Source of the DNA: Octopus sinensis
Lineage: Eukaryota
Direction: 5' to 3'
Length of the DNA: 64,000 bases
Assembly: GCF_006345805.1 (NCBI RefSeq)
Contig: NC_043005.1
Span: 26,660,001-26,724,000 of the forward strand
Numbering within the stretch: position 1 is the stretch's first letter; each line of letters starts with the position of its first letter. Both the position numbers and the translations under genes were made by a program. Shown here piece by piece: positions 50,629 to 64,000 of this stretch. The notes below the pieces were generated by a model that saw only the letters and a list, made by a program, of their open reading frames with translations, had not been told where the DNA came from and searched no databases.

Positions 50629-51580
50629 GTATATGTATATATGTATCTTTGGATATATATAAATATTTATATATATATATATGCATGTGTATATATACAT
50701 GTATGCATGAATATATGTGTGTGTATTATTGTACATATATGCCTGTGCATCCATGTTTGTGGGTGTCTTTTCTCTTTTTGTTTTTGTTTTTTCATTTTTT
50801 TTTATCCCGCCTTCTGTGTTTTTTTTCCTTCGTTTGCTCTTGTGACACCATGTTTTCTCCTACAACACACGTTGATCGATTGTGACAGTGATCGATGTAA
50901 AACGGAAGGAAGATTAATGTTGATAATGACCTTATATTTCATGACAAGGGAATGTATGTCCGACTACACAAGTAATAACATTTGTTCCTTTTGCTCACTC
51001 AAATAAGAAATGCGTTGCCTGTTTAGCTTTTTTAGCTTGTTCAAGGAGAAACTGGATAGAGATAAGAGATAGGAAACTTAGTGACATTACCCAGACTTCG
51101 GTAATAAATTACAGCGGACTGACTAGCGTGTTAGTTGTTAGAAAAGCTATTCTTACAAACAGATAGACGAGAGAAGTCAGTGAAGAAACACCAGGGGAGA
51201 CAGATAGGGATAGATAGATAGAATGGGTTTAATACATACATACGTACATACATACATACATACATACATACATACATACATACATACATACATACATACA
51301 TACATGCATACATACATACATACATGTGTGTGAGTGTGTACATGTGTGCGTGTGTGTGTATACATGTGTACTCACAAACATTTTTGTGTGTACGGAGATA
51401 GATTAATAGAGAGAGAGAGGGGGGGGGGGGGAGGGAGGGAGGGAGGGAGAGAGAAAGAAAGATTTGTTTCTGCATCCGAACAGAAGGAACATCGTAGAAA
51501 GCCTAAACTTCAGATGAGGAAAATACGGATACCTCTACATAGAAACAGCAATCAAACGTGCCTCAAATCACACCCTGCTG

Positions 51581-51630
<50 letters not shown>

Positions 51631-51709
51631 TTCAAATGCGAGTTATAAATTTCATGCCTGTATACTGGGACGAATTTTATAGCATGCCGTGTATTATCGG
51701 ACAATGGTG

Positions 51710-51890
51710 TAATTAATTCGATGGGAGAAGAGTTAAAGTTTGTAAGACTTCATGTTTAATTCGGAGAGTGTGGTGTTTTCTAATTTGACAATACAAACTT
51801 ATTCAGATGCTTGCATTTAGCGAAAATTTTGGATCTGGAATTCATTCAGTAGGTCTCACAAACTTTAACCTTTCCCTGTCGAATTAACTA
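51710..51890. mobile_element. Probable old MITE with ~38-bp imperfect TIRs
   Basis: taattaattcgatgggagaagagttaaagtttgtaagac versus gtctcacaaactttaacctttccctgtcgaattaacta. Confidence 0.4.
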
Positions 51891-53223
51891 CATTAATCAT
51901 TGTTAATTCCTATTCATAAGGAAATAAGAGCTGTGTCCCATTCAAATGGATACAACTTTTAACTCTTTTCCTTCAGTGCTTCTTTACTCTTTCTCTTTTT
52001 TGCATTTACTTTTTCCTATCTTTCTTTCTCGTTCTCTGTCACTTTTCTCGAAGAATAGCGTGTTGTATAATACACGCTCGTCCAAATAATGTGTTATCGA
52101 AGGCATGAAGCATAACAGCTCACATCTAAATCCTGTGTACATTAGATATTATTTACCTCTCACTGGGTGGAGTGCTTTATTGTTGACCCACCAATAACGG
52201 AAAAGTAAAAAATGTGTATGGGTGGGGTGTGTATACATGCAACTATTCAAGTATGTATGAGCCAACAAGGGAAACCTTTACATAGCAGTTCTAGGCGGTA
52301 GAAATTGTAGCCAAGTGTCCCTCATATCACGCCACAATGTGTTATGCGCGAATATATGTATGGGCCTTGAAAGGAAACTTCTGCGTGGTAGCTAAGAGTG
52401 ATAGAAATTGCAGCCAAATCCGCTTCAAATAATACACTTTTGTCTTGACAAATGAAGGAAGCGCTGGATTTTGTAGACCGTGGTGGCGGTGAGGTGGCAT
52501 ACAGTATTAGAAAAAACTAAGAAGGTTACATTTGGAATACATTTGGTCGTAGGTCTACTCAGTCCTAGCTGACCAAGAACTAAACGAAAATAAAACAAGC
52601 AACAGAAACAACTGCAGTAAAAGAAATCGGTGTAGGAGTCTCTGAGGCGCCATCCATATGCATATACAAAAAAGCAATAGTTAAGTGATGAAATTATAAA
52701 ATATGTATGTAAAACAACAAACTGAGGAACGATGCAACCAATTTATGAATAAATAATTCTACATAAGTGACCATGAAAATTAATTAAACTGAGTTAATTA
52801 TCTTTTCTAGTACATTTTATAGACAATAAAACACCATGGTTGAGAATTTTTATAGACATTAGGGGATTCCATACGTGATAATTTATGAGCCAATGAGGGA
52901 GCCTGTGATTACTAAGACTAATTAAACTGACTTAATTATCCAGTTCTGGTACATTTTATAAGCAATAAAAACAGTATTTTTCTTTGTTGTCCCTTTTGTT
53001 TCATTCCAGAGGTCGCCGCAGATAATGCATAGATATTCAACACCTTAAGCATTAAGTTAAGTATGGAACATTAAATGACTAGATCACATATTCCATATAG
53101 AGGCATAGGCAATCTACGCATTACGGAGCGCTCGGTTTCAGATATTGCTGGATATGAAATTATGTGAGTCAATAAAATGCCTGGAATAAAATATTGGATG
53201 TAGTTTTAAGGATACAAATCAGC

Positions 53224-53285
<62 letters not shown>

Positions 53286-53374
53286 ATATATATTCCGGTC
53301 ATTTCAAAATGTAACCGCGTGTGTATCGTTGGCGATTTTCTTCCTCCGACTTTCTTTCCTTTGGATTTGCCTCT

Positions 53375-53409
53375 ATTTCTGAAGAAAAGCAAGGCTCGAA
53401 ACGTTAAAT
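53375..53409 (+). ncRNA. Minimal hammerhead motif in a Penelope-like repeat; G10.1 apparently mutated
   Basis: AUUU CUGAAGA A AAGC-AAG-GCUC GAAAC GUU AAAU. Confidence 0.55.
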
Positions 53410-53470
53410 CCTCTTTCTTACCTTTCCTAAGCGTCTGATAATGCAGTACTTGTACCACGTCCTCGCGTTA

Positions 53471-53638
<168 letters not shown>

Positions 53639-54184
53639 CTAATGTGAAGATAAAATTCTTTTCCCCAAAACATATTTTCTCGAAAAAAATTTTATCGATG
53701 GCCAGCATATTAAAAAATACCTTTAACGGTTAAATTTATAAACAATTCATAAATGAGGGCAAAGGAAAAAATTTCTAATGCCAAATATGCCGAAAAATTG
53801 GACATGTTGTTCATTAACCGTGTAATTTTTTCACAATACGCACGCTACTCGAAAAAAGGTCGACAGAAATTTCTAAGAAATTCCATTATTACCATACTTA
53901 ACTCGTATTACTCATTTAGGTTTTATCACCATTTATTTGTATATATGTGTATATTTTATACTATTGCGTTTTGCCAATAGATGCCTTGTTGCTCTAATGT
54001 ATATTTATGTTCGATTTATGATAATATAGGAATGTTATAAAGTTGTTTTGACCAATCGGTGCGTTTATTCATTATACCTTTCAATTTATATTTCCTTTCG
54101 TCTCAGTGTTACCTGAGCACCTCCACTTGCAGTCCTATTCTTATTCTTCGCTTTAACGAAATCATAAAATTATCCTCAAATATA

Positions 54185-54350
54185 CATGCGACCGGCTTCT
54201 TTTAATTTCACTCCTCCAAATCTACTCACAAGGTTTTGGTCGGCCCGAGGCTAGAGCAGAAGGCACTTGCCCAATGTGCCACGCAGTGGGACTGAACCCA
54301 GAACTATGGGGTTGGGAAGTAAGCTCCTTTCCGCACACCCACGCTAGCGC
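54185..54350 (-). mobile_element. SINE family B 5' half, diverged
   Basis: ctcacaaggttttggtcggcccgaggcta...gcagtgggactgaaccc. Confidence 0.75.
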
Positions 54351-54361
54351 TTACACACACA

Positions 54362-54392
<31 letters not shown>

Positions 54393-54473
54393 GCGTATGT
54401 CTGTATGTATGTATGTATGTATATATGTATGTATGTACACACTAATACACGTGTCTGATGTGCGTGTTTATCG

Positions 54474-54533
<60 letters not shown>

Positions 54534-54774
54534 CTATATATAATAAACACACACATATTTATACACATTGTGGTGCGGAAAGATCCACATGTGCGCGCGC
54601 TGGTGCGTATTTTGTCTGTGTGTGGGGGGGAGGGGGCGCATGTAGTCTGTGTGTGGGGGCGCAGTAGTAGTTATTTCAGCATAAGGTTCCTGACATTGTT
54701 ATCAATAACTAAATGATGTTTTTCGGTTGATGAGTTGAAAAGTTCGTGCCCAGCATAGTAAGAAAGAGGGGGAG

Positions 54775-54849
<75 letters not shown>

Positions 54850-55329
54850 AAGTGAGAGAAAGAGAGAAAGAAAGGTAGAGAAAGAGAGAGAGAGAGGCGA
54901 TTGAGAGGAATGTGATAACGAAAGGGGTTTAAGAAGGTAATTGGAAACAGAAATGAGAACGACGTTGTGCCTGCGACCAGATACGATGGCCTTAACAATT
55001 AAGGGGTTGTTTGTATGAGAAAGAAGAGAGTAGATTCGACCGAACCATTAACTCCCTTATATACTGCACAAAAAATGTCAACAACTCCAGATAATATTTC
55101 ATAATGAACTTATAAAAAGAATTCTAATTAGGATTTCAGAACATTGGGATTCCTTTCATAGACACTTGACCCTTGGTTTATGTTAAGTAAAGGCAGGAGG
55201 GAACCAGAGTAATAGAATGGTATGACATTCTGAGCATTCTCACGAATATCAGCAAACCGAAGTAAGATAAAACCGGGAAAAGAGCCTCGGCTCCCTCATT
55301 GGTAAATTTAGCCTTAATCTATAGGATTG

Positions 55330-55669
55330 GACATGTATGTATGTATATATGCATGTATATATACATGTATGTATGAATGTATGTATGTATGTATGTATGT
55401 ATGTATGTATGTATGTATGTATATAGGCATGTAGGTATGTATGCATGTTAGTATGTATGTATGTATGTATGTATTATGTAGGTACGTATGTATGTATGCA
55501 TGTAGGTATGTATGTATGTAGGTATGTATGTAAGTATGTAGGTATGTATGTATATATGTATTTACGTATGTATGTATGTAGGTATGCATGTATGTATGCA
55601 TGTATGTATGTAAGTATGTATGTATGTATTTATGTATGTTTATATGCATGTATGTATGTAGGTATGTAG

Positions 55670-55700
<31 letters not shown>

Positions 55701-55804
55701 TGCATGTCGGTATGTATGTATGTATGTAGGTAGGTATGTAAGTATGCATGCATGTAGGTAAGTATGTATATATGCATATATATATATGTGTATGTATGTA
55801 TGTA

Positions 55805-55836
<32 letters not shown>

Positions 55837-55935
55837 ATATATATGTATATGTATATACATATCATACAGAGAGAGGAGAGAGAGACATATATATATATAT
55901 GTATGAATATATATATATACATATATATACATATA
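55330..55935. repeat. (TATG)n-based compound microsatellite
   Basis: Direct reading; source of spurious 220-aa ORF 55314-55976. Confidence 0.9.
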
Positions 55936-56605
55936 TATGTGTGTGTATCTATATCTAAATATGAAGTTATATGCATGTTTATGTTTATATGTGTGTGTAT
56001 GTATACATTTAATTATGCATATGCGTGTGTGTGTATGTTTGTGTGTGTGTGTGTGTGTGTATAGGCACAGGGTGGCAGAAAAGGTAAGAAATTCGCTTCG
56101 TAATTATGCCGATACGAGTTTGATCGCATAACACGGCATCTTGGTCAAAAATATATTCTTGAGTGGAGGCTATATTTAAAAAAACAAATAATGAGCCAAA
56201 AAATTAAATAAAGATGGAGAGTCGGAAACTGTAAAGAATCCCTCCGGTTTTATATATAATTAAAAAATACTGCCTGAACACACAGTATGTCACGCTAACA
56301 CTGCCTTAAAATTACGCTAATGGTGTACGTATCTGTGGAATACTCAGCCACTTACATTTCAATTCAGAAGCAGACAATTTGTTTGTAAATATATATATAT
56401 ATATATATATATAGATGAGTGTATTTTTACCTTGTTAACAATTAACACGGAAAAATAAATAAATAGTTACCAGGGCAGCAAAAATCTCACAAGTAAAGGT
56501 GTTGTAACTCCTCGTTTATAAAGGTAGAAACTTCGTGTTTACATTGAATATTTTGTATAATATGAATAAAAAATGGAGTTAACGCAGGTGTAATCAAGTA
56601 TTTTT

Positions 56606-56691
56606 ACTTTGGACACATGTTTCGAAAATTCCACTGATACTATTCAAAAGAATAAATGGTATAAACAATGCAATCTTCTCCTCAGGAAAGT
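56606..56691 (-). ncRNA. Near-intact type-I hammerhead motif
   Basis: ACUUU(C) CUGAGGA GAAGAUU [41-nt loop] AAUUUUC GAAAC AUGU GUC (C)AAAGU; intact core, 7-bp stem II with one G-U, C-C mismatch at the first pair of stem I. Confidence 0.6.
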
Positions 56692-57009
56692 TAAAAAAAC
56701 GAAACTCGTCAATAAGACATTTTAGCAAAAGATGACGGATTTGTATAGCGATAGACAGAACGCTATTAATATTGTTTAAAAAAACGTTATATGATATAAC
56801 GTCATAAGTAGCTAACAGAAAGAATAAGGATATTAATAGTGAATGTTAAATATAAAGGAAATTAAAGTTTAAATTATATATAATGATAGAGACCACTTAT
56901 ATGCACTAAATGTATATTTTTGCCAATGCTTACATCTGTATGCTCGCTCTATAACCGTGTTTACTAGAGTATTTTCTAAAAATACTCTAGTATTTTATTG
57001 TGCAGTTGT

Positions 57010-57452
57010 ATTGTTACGTCCTGTTTGTGTTCTTACCCGCTTTACCCCGCTGCTTGGAATTTTATTTTAATTCTCTCGCAGAAAGGCCTAGTCGACGATG
57101 TGTCCTGTCTTGCCTTCGAAACACGCTCGAGTTAACTAGCGACAACTGATGACGGTGGATTTTTCCTTGTGTAGCATGTCCTGTACTTATTTTCTTGTTT
57201 CCTTGTGTAGCTTGTCCTGTACGTGTTTTCTTGTTGTAAATTTTTGTTTTTCCCGTTTCTACGTCTTGTTGTGGTGTCCTGTACTTACGTATATTTATTT
57301 ATATATGCATGTATATATACATGTAGATGTAGGTACGTACATATATGTTTGTATGTATGCATATATTTTTATTTATTACATTATTGTCTGACAGCGCCTC
57401 GCGTCGGGTTCGTTTCGATTCGTCGGTTCGTTCCACTTCTTGTCTCCATTTA

Positions 57453-57488
<36 letters not shown>

Positions 57489-57870
57489 CAAATTAATAAA
57501 TAAAACATATGCATATATACATACATATATGTACTACCTACATCTACATGTATATATACATGCATATATGGGTACAGGACACCAAAAAACGTCGAACACA
57601 ATGAAAAACGAAAACATAAACACAAAACCAAGGAACAGGACATTTTTCTTAAACAACGAAAAAATAGAATACAGGACAAATAACACAAGGAAAATTCCCC
57701 TTCTTCAGTCGCTATGGTTTCATCTACTCCGCGTTCCGAAGGTGAAGGCGAGACGTGACTTCGACTGAAACATTCCTTCCCGTGAAAAGCAAATTAAATA
57801 AAATTTGCGATTTTTTTGCAGAGGGGTAAAAATGGTAACAAAAACAGGACGGTAACGACAGTACAAAATA
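57010..57870. repeat. Large imperfect palindrome centred on a (TA)n tract (two diverged copies of one repeat in inverted orientation)
   Basis: gtatatatacatgtagatgtagg / cctacatctacatgtatatatac and gtcctgtac / gtacaggac mirror around ~57470; related single arms at 33480-33720 and 23900-24200. Confidence 0.7.
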
Positions 57871-58089
57871 TAAACAGTAAAAGACAGGACAAGGAGAATA
57901 ACAGTAACACAGACAAGAAGGGCTGTTAAGCCGAACGAGATAAAATATTACGAACGCTATTTTTGAGAACGGCGAAGGAGCCACAGAAAATGCCGTCTAC
58001 ACTCGGGTGAAGCAAGGTCAGAAAAGACAGTAGTTTCCTCTTATATATTTGTTATTGCACGACAGAACGCACGCATCCATTTCTAAGTA

Positions 58090-58097
58090 GTTTGTTC

Positions 58098-58129
<32 letters not shown>

Positions 58130-58143
58130 ATATATAATATATA

Positions 58144-58211
<68 letters not shown>

Positions 58212-58350
58212 TATATATATAGATATATAGATAGATATATGTACTGAGCTTAATGCTGAATTCTCCGTTTTCTGGTCATGTTACTCTCGTACTCATGCAC
58301 CTAGATATGTATGTAAAACCGTATACACATATATATATATATATATACAT

Positions 58351-58399
<49 letters not shown>

Positions 58400-58513
58400 C
58401 TATATATATATACATATATATATATATATAAATAGACATATATATGCATTATATACAGACATATATATGCATATATATATCTATACATATGTATATATAT
58501 ATAGACATACATA

Positions 58514-58563
<50 letters not shown>

Positions 58564-58608
58564 CAGACATATATATGCAGATATATATATGCATATATAT
58601 ATATAGAC

Positions 58609-58642
<34 letters not shown>

Positions 58643-58655
58643 TATATATGCATAC
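58090..58655. repeat. (TA)n-rich microsatellite block
   Basis: Direct reading. Confidence 0.9.
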
Positions 58656-58799
58656 AGAGACAGGCGCGTGCACACATACATTGCAAGGTGTTGTACTACT
58701 GGCGTAGGCGTACTTTACTGAAGGTGATGTCGATTATGGTGGCACCAGTGTTTAGTTTTTTTTTTTCTAACGCTGGTTACATATATACTGATAATGATG

Positions 58800-58806
58800 A
58801 TTCCGT

Positions 58807-58871
<65 letters not shown>

Positions 58872-59300
58872 TTGAGATAGTGAAGATTTATGGAGTCTGG
58901 ATATTTACATCGCTTTTAACGAGCTTCTCGTTTATTTTTATCTTCTGTTTATGGTGTCGTGATGATGATGATAATGATGAGGGGGCGGATGGTGGTGGTG
59001 GTGCTGGTGGTGGTGGTGGTGTTGGTGGTGGTGGTGATGGTGGTGGTGATGGTGGTGAGGTGGCAGAGGAGGAGCAGGATCAGCAGGAGAAAGAGGAGGT
59101 GGAGAAGGAGAAAGAGGAGGAAGAGGAGGGAAGACGACGACGATAATGATATCTTCATTATCATCATCATCATCATCATCATCATCGCCACCACCATCAT
59201 CATGGTGATAATGAATGATAACGATGACAACGACGACGGCGACGTTGTCGACGATGAAGATGACTATCATGATGATGGCGACGATGACGACACTGCTGTT
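58800..59300. repeat. Mosaic trinucleotide tract: (GCT)19, (GGT)n, (GAG)n, (CAT)n, (GAC/GAT)n
   Basis: Direct reading; (GCT)19 at 58811-58867. Confidence 0.85.
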
Positions 59301-59872
59301 TGTATACTTTTGCTGGTCGGTCACATTCTTTTTCCACTCAGACCCTCTCGAGTCACCCTTATCTCACCCCCTGATCATACTCCCTCTATGATATACTCCC
59401 TCCACCACATACCTTCTATGTTCTAATTCTTCCACCACCAGACGCTGGTGATCCGTCCTACATAATATCTTTCCTGCAGTCATCCTATCTCTCTCTCTCT
59501 CTCTCTCTCTTCTCTCCCCCCCCCACTGTCAGGAAGTGTCAGCAATTATGAACCTCAATGCCAATATCTGAAGATTCATGATTTTTCTTCAGAGACCAAG
59601 CTGTGATTTCCGATTGCTTTCTGGGGGGCTAAACAGCAATAACAATCGTCCCTTCCAGGACAGCCACATTATGTTGGCAAATAGCTTTTTACATTTATAA
59701 TTTGTTCTGCTGGAAAGAGCGAAACTTCTGCCGGGACTTTACTGAAGCGTTATATATCAATACGCAGTGACATGCTTCACTGAAACTTCTATCTCGTTGC
59801 TTTACCATGAGCCGACTTTGATACCTAAGTAGGTGCTTTTTCGACAGCCGGGATCCGAATACCATCCATTTC

Positions 59873-60080
59873 CTGGAGGTGCCTCAGAATTTCCTAGCTA
59901 AAATTTACCTCACCTTTTTACGATATCTGGTGATGCCTCAGCATTTCTCAGTTAAAATTTACCCCAGCATTTTACGATTTCTGGAAGTGCCTCAGCATTT
60001 CCCAGCTAAAATTTAACTCACCTTTTTACAATTTCTGGTGGTGCCTCAGTATTCTCCAGCTAAAATTTAGCCCCTTTTTT
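59873..60080. repeat. 54-bp minisatellite, about 3.8 units
   Basis: ctgg..gtgcctcag...aaaattta units start at 59873, 59927, 59981, 60035. Confidence 0.9.
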
Positions 60081-60829
60081 ATGAAGAAGCAAGCGCACCT
60101 GGAAGTATTGTTATACATCAAACACAGGACCCGCATAACCCTTTGGCAGTGGGGACCGGTTCACGTGACATCAACTCATGCCCACACAGCGGTGTCCAGG
60201 AGCCAGCCCTTCTTTGAATCATGTATTCCTTAACTATAGAACATCTTACGCTGTTTGGCTCATAGATTCTGTGGCACATCTCTAGAAGCAATCTTTCTCC
60301 CGAGCCCTATATTGCCTACAGGACCACCTTCCCCTTCTTGATTCATGGCTTCAATGTCTCAATTCTAGAAATCAATAGGACCATCTTTCGATATTTGATC
60401 CACAACAGGGGCCCTTGACAGGTCCTACTACAACGAGCTAGAATGGAATTGGGAGTATTGGTGATTAAGGGTTATTCCATACTCCGCAAGACTCCTGAAC
60501 TTCCAAAGTGGATAAACACCACAGCATACCGTTTAATGTCTTCTTCAGAACAATCTCCAGGGTTACCCAAAAAACGAGACAGTTTTGGTGCTGACAAGGG
60601 TGGTGTGGTATAGAAGATGGCGGTGGTATTCCTGTAATAATGGCTTCGTATATACATTGTTGTTTAGCCCTGGGTTAATACTAGTGAAAACACATTCCAG
60701 CCATGATCACCCTGTCTGTCTAAGGGTATGTAGGACTTCATTGTTGAAGTGCATTCTGTCTACTTATGCATGGCATTAGGGTCACGTTTGAAGAAGATTT
60801 TTAGCTAATATTTTTAGCAAGTCGAGCAA

Positions 60830-61493
60830 TCACGTTGTCTCACTGGTTTTGGCGTTGGTAGTGTGTGATGAGGTTGGTGCTGTTGGTGTTGCTGATGATG
60901 ATGACGTTGTTGTCGTTGTTGTTGGTGGTGGTGTTGGTGGTGGAGATGCCTGTGATAATGACAATGAAGGTAGTGACGTTGGTGGTACAGGTGATTGTGA
61001 CGGTGGTGAGGGTGATGATGGCGGTGGCAATGGTGATGACAGCGACGGTGATAGTGGTAGTGGTGGTGTTGGGGGCGGCAATGTTGGGGTTGTTGGTGAG
61101 GGCGATGGTAATGATGGTGGTTCGCGTAGTGGTGATGGTGTTGGCGTAGTGATAGTGGTAGCAACGATGGCGAGAGTGGAAATAAGGCGGTGATGGTATT
61201 GGGTGTGGTACCAGCGTGGTGGTGATGTTGATGTTGATATTGGTGTCACGATATTGGATAGTAAAGGCGGGGCGGGCTCTGCTTGAGGCTGATGTTTGTC
61301 GTACTGCTAGTGGCGGCGGCGATGATAGTGGCGATAGTGGTGATTGTGGTGGTGGTGGTGGTGGTGGTGGTGGTGATGTTAATGGCGATCTTGGTGGGGC
61401 TGTTGGTAGCAGTGGTAGTGATCGGGGGGAGGGGTTGGAGAAGGTATTGTCAACATTAATGAAGATATATTTTCTGCTGAGTTACACCCGCGG

Positions 61494-61541
<48 letters not shown>

Positions 61542-61580
61542 TACTAGTAGAAGTAATAGAGGTGGTGGTGGTGGTGGTGG
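60830..61580. repeat. Degenerate (GGT/GAT)n tract with (AGC)n run
   Basis: Direct reading. Confidence 0.8.
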
Positions 61581-61878
61581 TAGCATTGTTCTGTTCTGTG
61601 TTTATCTTAATAGCTGAGATGTAACATTATACTGAAGATCAGACAATAAGACTCACAGACAGACATAGTAATGATATACTCTGCATGTTAGAGAGGTCGT
61701 ATCACACACACACACACACACAGACACACACACACACACATACACAGACACACACACACACATACACAGAGGAGCGACATTTTGATTATTTTCTTTCGAG
61801 TGAAAGCTCAAATATGTCATAATATATGCTAGAGACTGTCCGCGTGAAAGTATGTGTATATCTATATCTATCTGTCTG

Positions 61879-61910
<32 letters not shown>

Positions 61911-61966
61911 CATCTATCTATCTATCTATCTATCTATATCTATTCATCTATTCTATCACTATCATA

Positions 61967-62007
<41 letters not shown>

Positions 62008-62490
62008 TACACACACACATATATATAAAGTGATTAAATTTTGAAATTGTATGGATAATACGACGTACAAATTCTGATGCCTCAGCTTAAGTACCATATC
62101 ATCTGAATCTAAATTTTTGCTGAACATATTACCATACCCAAACGATATATATATATATATATAATATATATAATGCACATATATATATATACTCTTTTAC
62201 TCTTTTACTCTTTTACTTGTTTCAGCTATATATATATACATATATACATATAAGTATATAAAAGCGTGTAGTGGGGTGCGTGTCTGCGGATATAGGTATC
62301 TTTGCCTACAATGTTACTTCAAATTTTCTCGGTTTTTCCTCGTCTTCTCTTATCCAGTCTACACTATATTCCGAAGAAAGAAAATATCCGAAACGCCATA
62401 ACAATTAACTCTTTCTTTTCCTCTGAGCCTCAAACTAACGATATCGATCGTCAACTTCTCCCGTCTTGCTATTCATCATTGTTCTATTCC

Positions 62491-62584
<94 letters not shown>

Positions 62585-63044
62585 CTATCTATCTATCTAA
62601 TTATATACGGTCTCAAGCCATTTCCGCTCCACCGGTCACTCCTTGCAACACCTATCTGTGTTCGGTTTGTCCGCAACAGAGGCCATCCGGATTCCCGTTG
62701 CGCGCCGTGAACAGGATTTAATCTTCTCTTCGCTCTTATACGCTATTTGGTCTCAACTCTCCCCCCATCCTCATCTAACCCCCCTCCCCCTCCTCACCTA
62801 TCCCCCCGACCCTACTTCTTCAGTCCTTCATCCTTTCACCCCTACTCCCTTCCCTTCTCCCTCTTTTCCCTCCTCCTTCCCTCTTCCCCTTCCCTCTGCT
62901 CCCTCACTCCCCTTCTCTCTCCCCTCTCCCCTCTTTAATCCTTCCTCCCCTCTCCTTTTCCCCTTCCTCCCCCGCACCCTTCTCCGCCCTCTCTTCTCCT
63001 CACACACCACACGACTTTACACATCACATCATATATGATGTGCC

Positions 63045-63388
63045 ATACTAATACATACACCAACTAATAATACTAATACGTACTAATACATACTAATACA
63101 TACTAATACATACACCAACCCTATACATACACACGTCCAGACCCCTCATACGCACTTATATCTCTCTCATACACACACACTTATACATACTAATACGTAC
63201 TAATACATACTAATACATACTAATACATACACCAACCCCATACATACGCACGTCCAGACCTATCCTACGCACTAATACTCTCTCATACACACACAAACAC
63301 ACACACACACCCTTATACATACTAATACATACTAATACATACACCAACCCTATACATACACACGTCCAGACCTCTCCTACGCACTAAT
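63045..63388. repeat. ~115-bp tandem repeat x3 containing (ACTAATACAT)n subunits
   Basis: cacgtccagacc at 63132, 63249, 63361. Confidence 0.85.
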
Positions 63389-63557
63389 AGCTGGTCATTC
63401 AACCCTATTATCAACCCTATTCTCTCCCTTATTTCGCTCTCGCGTCTCATGTTTGATCTTTGACCTCTGGCCGAAATCAGATCGCCATGTTGATTCGTTA
63501 GTACTGCACGCATTTTTTTTCTCTCCTTCTTTTCTGTGTTTTTTTTCTCTCTGTGTA

Positions 63558-63595
63558 TCTTTCTGTTGAAGAGCGTAGGCTCGAAACGTTAAAGA
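63558..63595 (+). ncRNA. Minimal hammerhead motif, one core substitution (A6U)
   Basis: UCUUU CUGUUGA A GAGC-GUAG-GCUC GAAAC GUU AAAGA. Confidence 0.6.
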
Positions 63596-63692
63596 CTTGT
63601 TTATTTATATTTCCTGAGCGCCATACTAATACAATTGTTTGTTTGTTTTCCACCTGCCTTCGTCTTTTGTCTATTTTCATAAAGCTTCCCGT

Positions 63693-63726
<34 letters not shown>

Positions 63727-63852
63727 ATATATTATATATATATATATATATAAAGTTAATCCAAACAAGAAAACACAAAAAAACACAACAACGCGAGGAC
63801 GTGGAACAAACATAGTATTATTGGACGCTCAGGAAAGAAGGGAAGAAGGAGG

Positions 63853-63887
63853 GTTTAACGTTTCGAGCGGAGCTCTTCGTCGGAAAC
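63853..63887 (-). ncRNA. Minimal hammerhead motif, one core substitution (U4C)
   Basis: GUUU CCGACGA A GAGC-UCC-GCUC GAAAC GUU AAAC. Confidence 0.6.
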
Positions 63888-64000
63888 ATAGGAGAAGGAA
63901 AGATCCATATATATATATATAGGGGGAGAATTCACAAAAAAATCAAAAGACGAAGATAGGTGGTGTAGACAACAAACAGATGTATTAGTTTAACGCTCGG

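Noticed and set aside
58625-59426. 173-aa and 155-aa ORFs with poly-A, poly-G and poly-E/D runs resembling a transcription-factor tail
   Set aside because: Start lies in a TA microsatellite, several frames and both strands are open, and there is no folded domain or convincing splice structure.
60814-61617. His/Gln-rich, Pro/Thr-rich and Gly/Asp-rich ORFs
   Set aside because: Overlapping frames of one degenerate trinucleotide tract; no codon or domain evidence.
62340-62460. Candidate acceptor ttctcttatccag followed by an open frame
   Set aside because: Peptide unrecognisable and runs into (TCTA)n; no clear donor.

Overview
A repeat-dense, AT-rich, non-coding stretch of an animal genome. The SINE families and extreme microsatellite load match what I recall of Octopus genomes; this is an inference, not a database match. 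I recognise no host protein-coding gene, rRNA, true tRNA gene or CRISPR array, and nearly all ORFs in the supplied track are microsatellite or transposon artefacts. The window holds about 30 copies of three tRNA-derived SINE families (labelled A, B, C here), a decayed ~3 kb RTE LINE, several R4/Dong-like (restriction-like endonuclease) LINE fragments at (TAA)n tracts, a decayed mariner, MITEs, three non-autonomous Helitrons, a 22-bp minisatellite with a 307-bp higher-order repeat, and a 100-N assembly gap. The most interesting signal is a set of hammerhead-ribozyme motifs. One is fully intact (20326-20414, minus strand), one is near-intact (56606-56691) and five are decayed, with covarying stems. 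Two of the decayed motifs belong to a repeat family whose 18.7-19.1 kb copy is a head-to-head palindrome with a tRNA-like Pol III head, a possible SINE/Penelope-type hybrid. A second signal is that the long-tailed SINE-A subfamily always joins its target at GGTA, a motif its own family carries, which produces SINE-in-SINE stacks. All coordinates were read by eye and element boundaries are approximate unless TSDs or termini are quoted.
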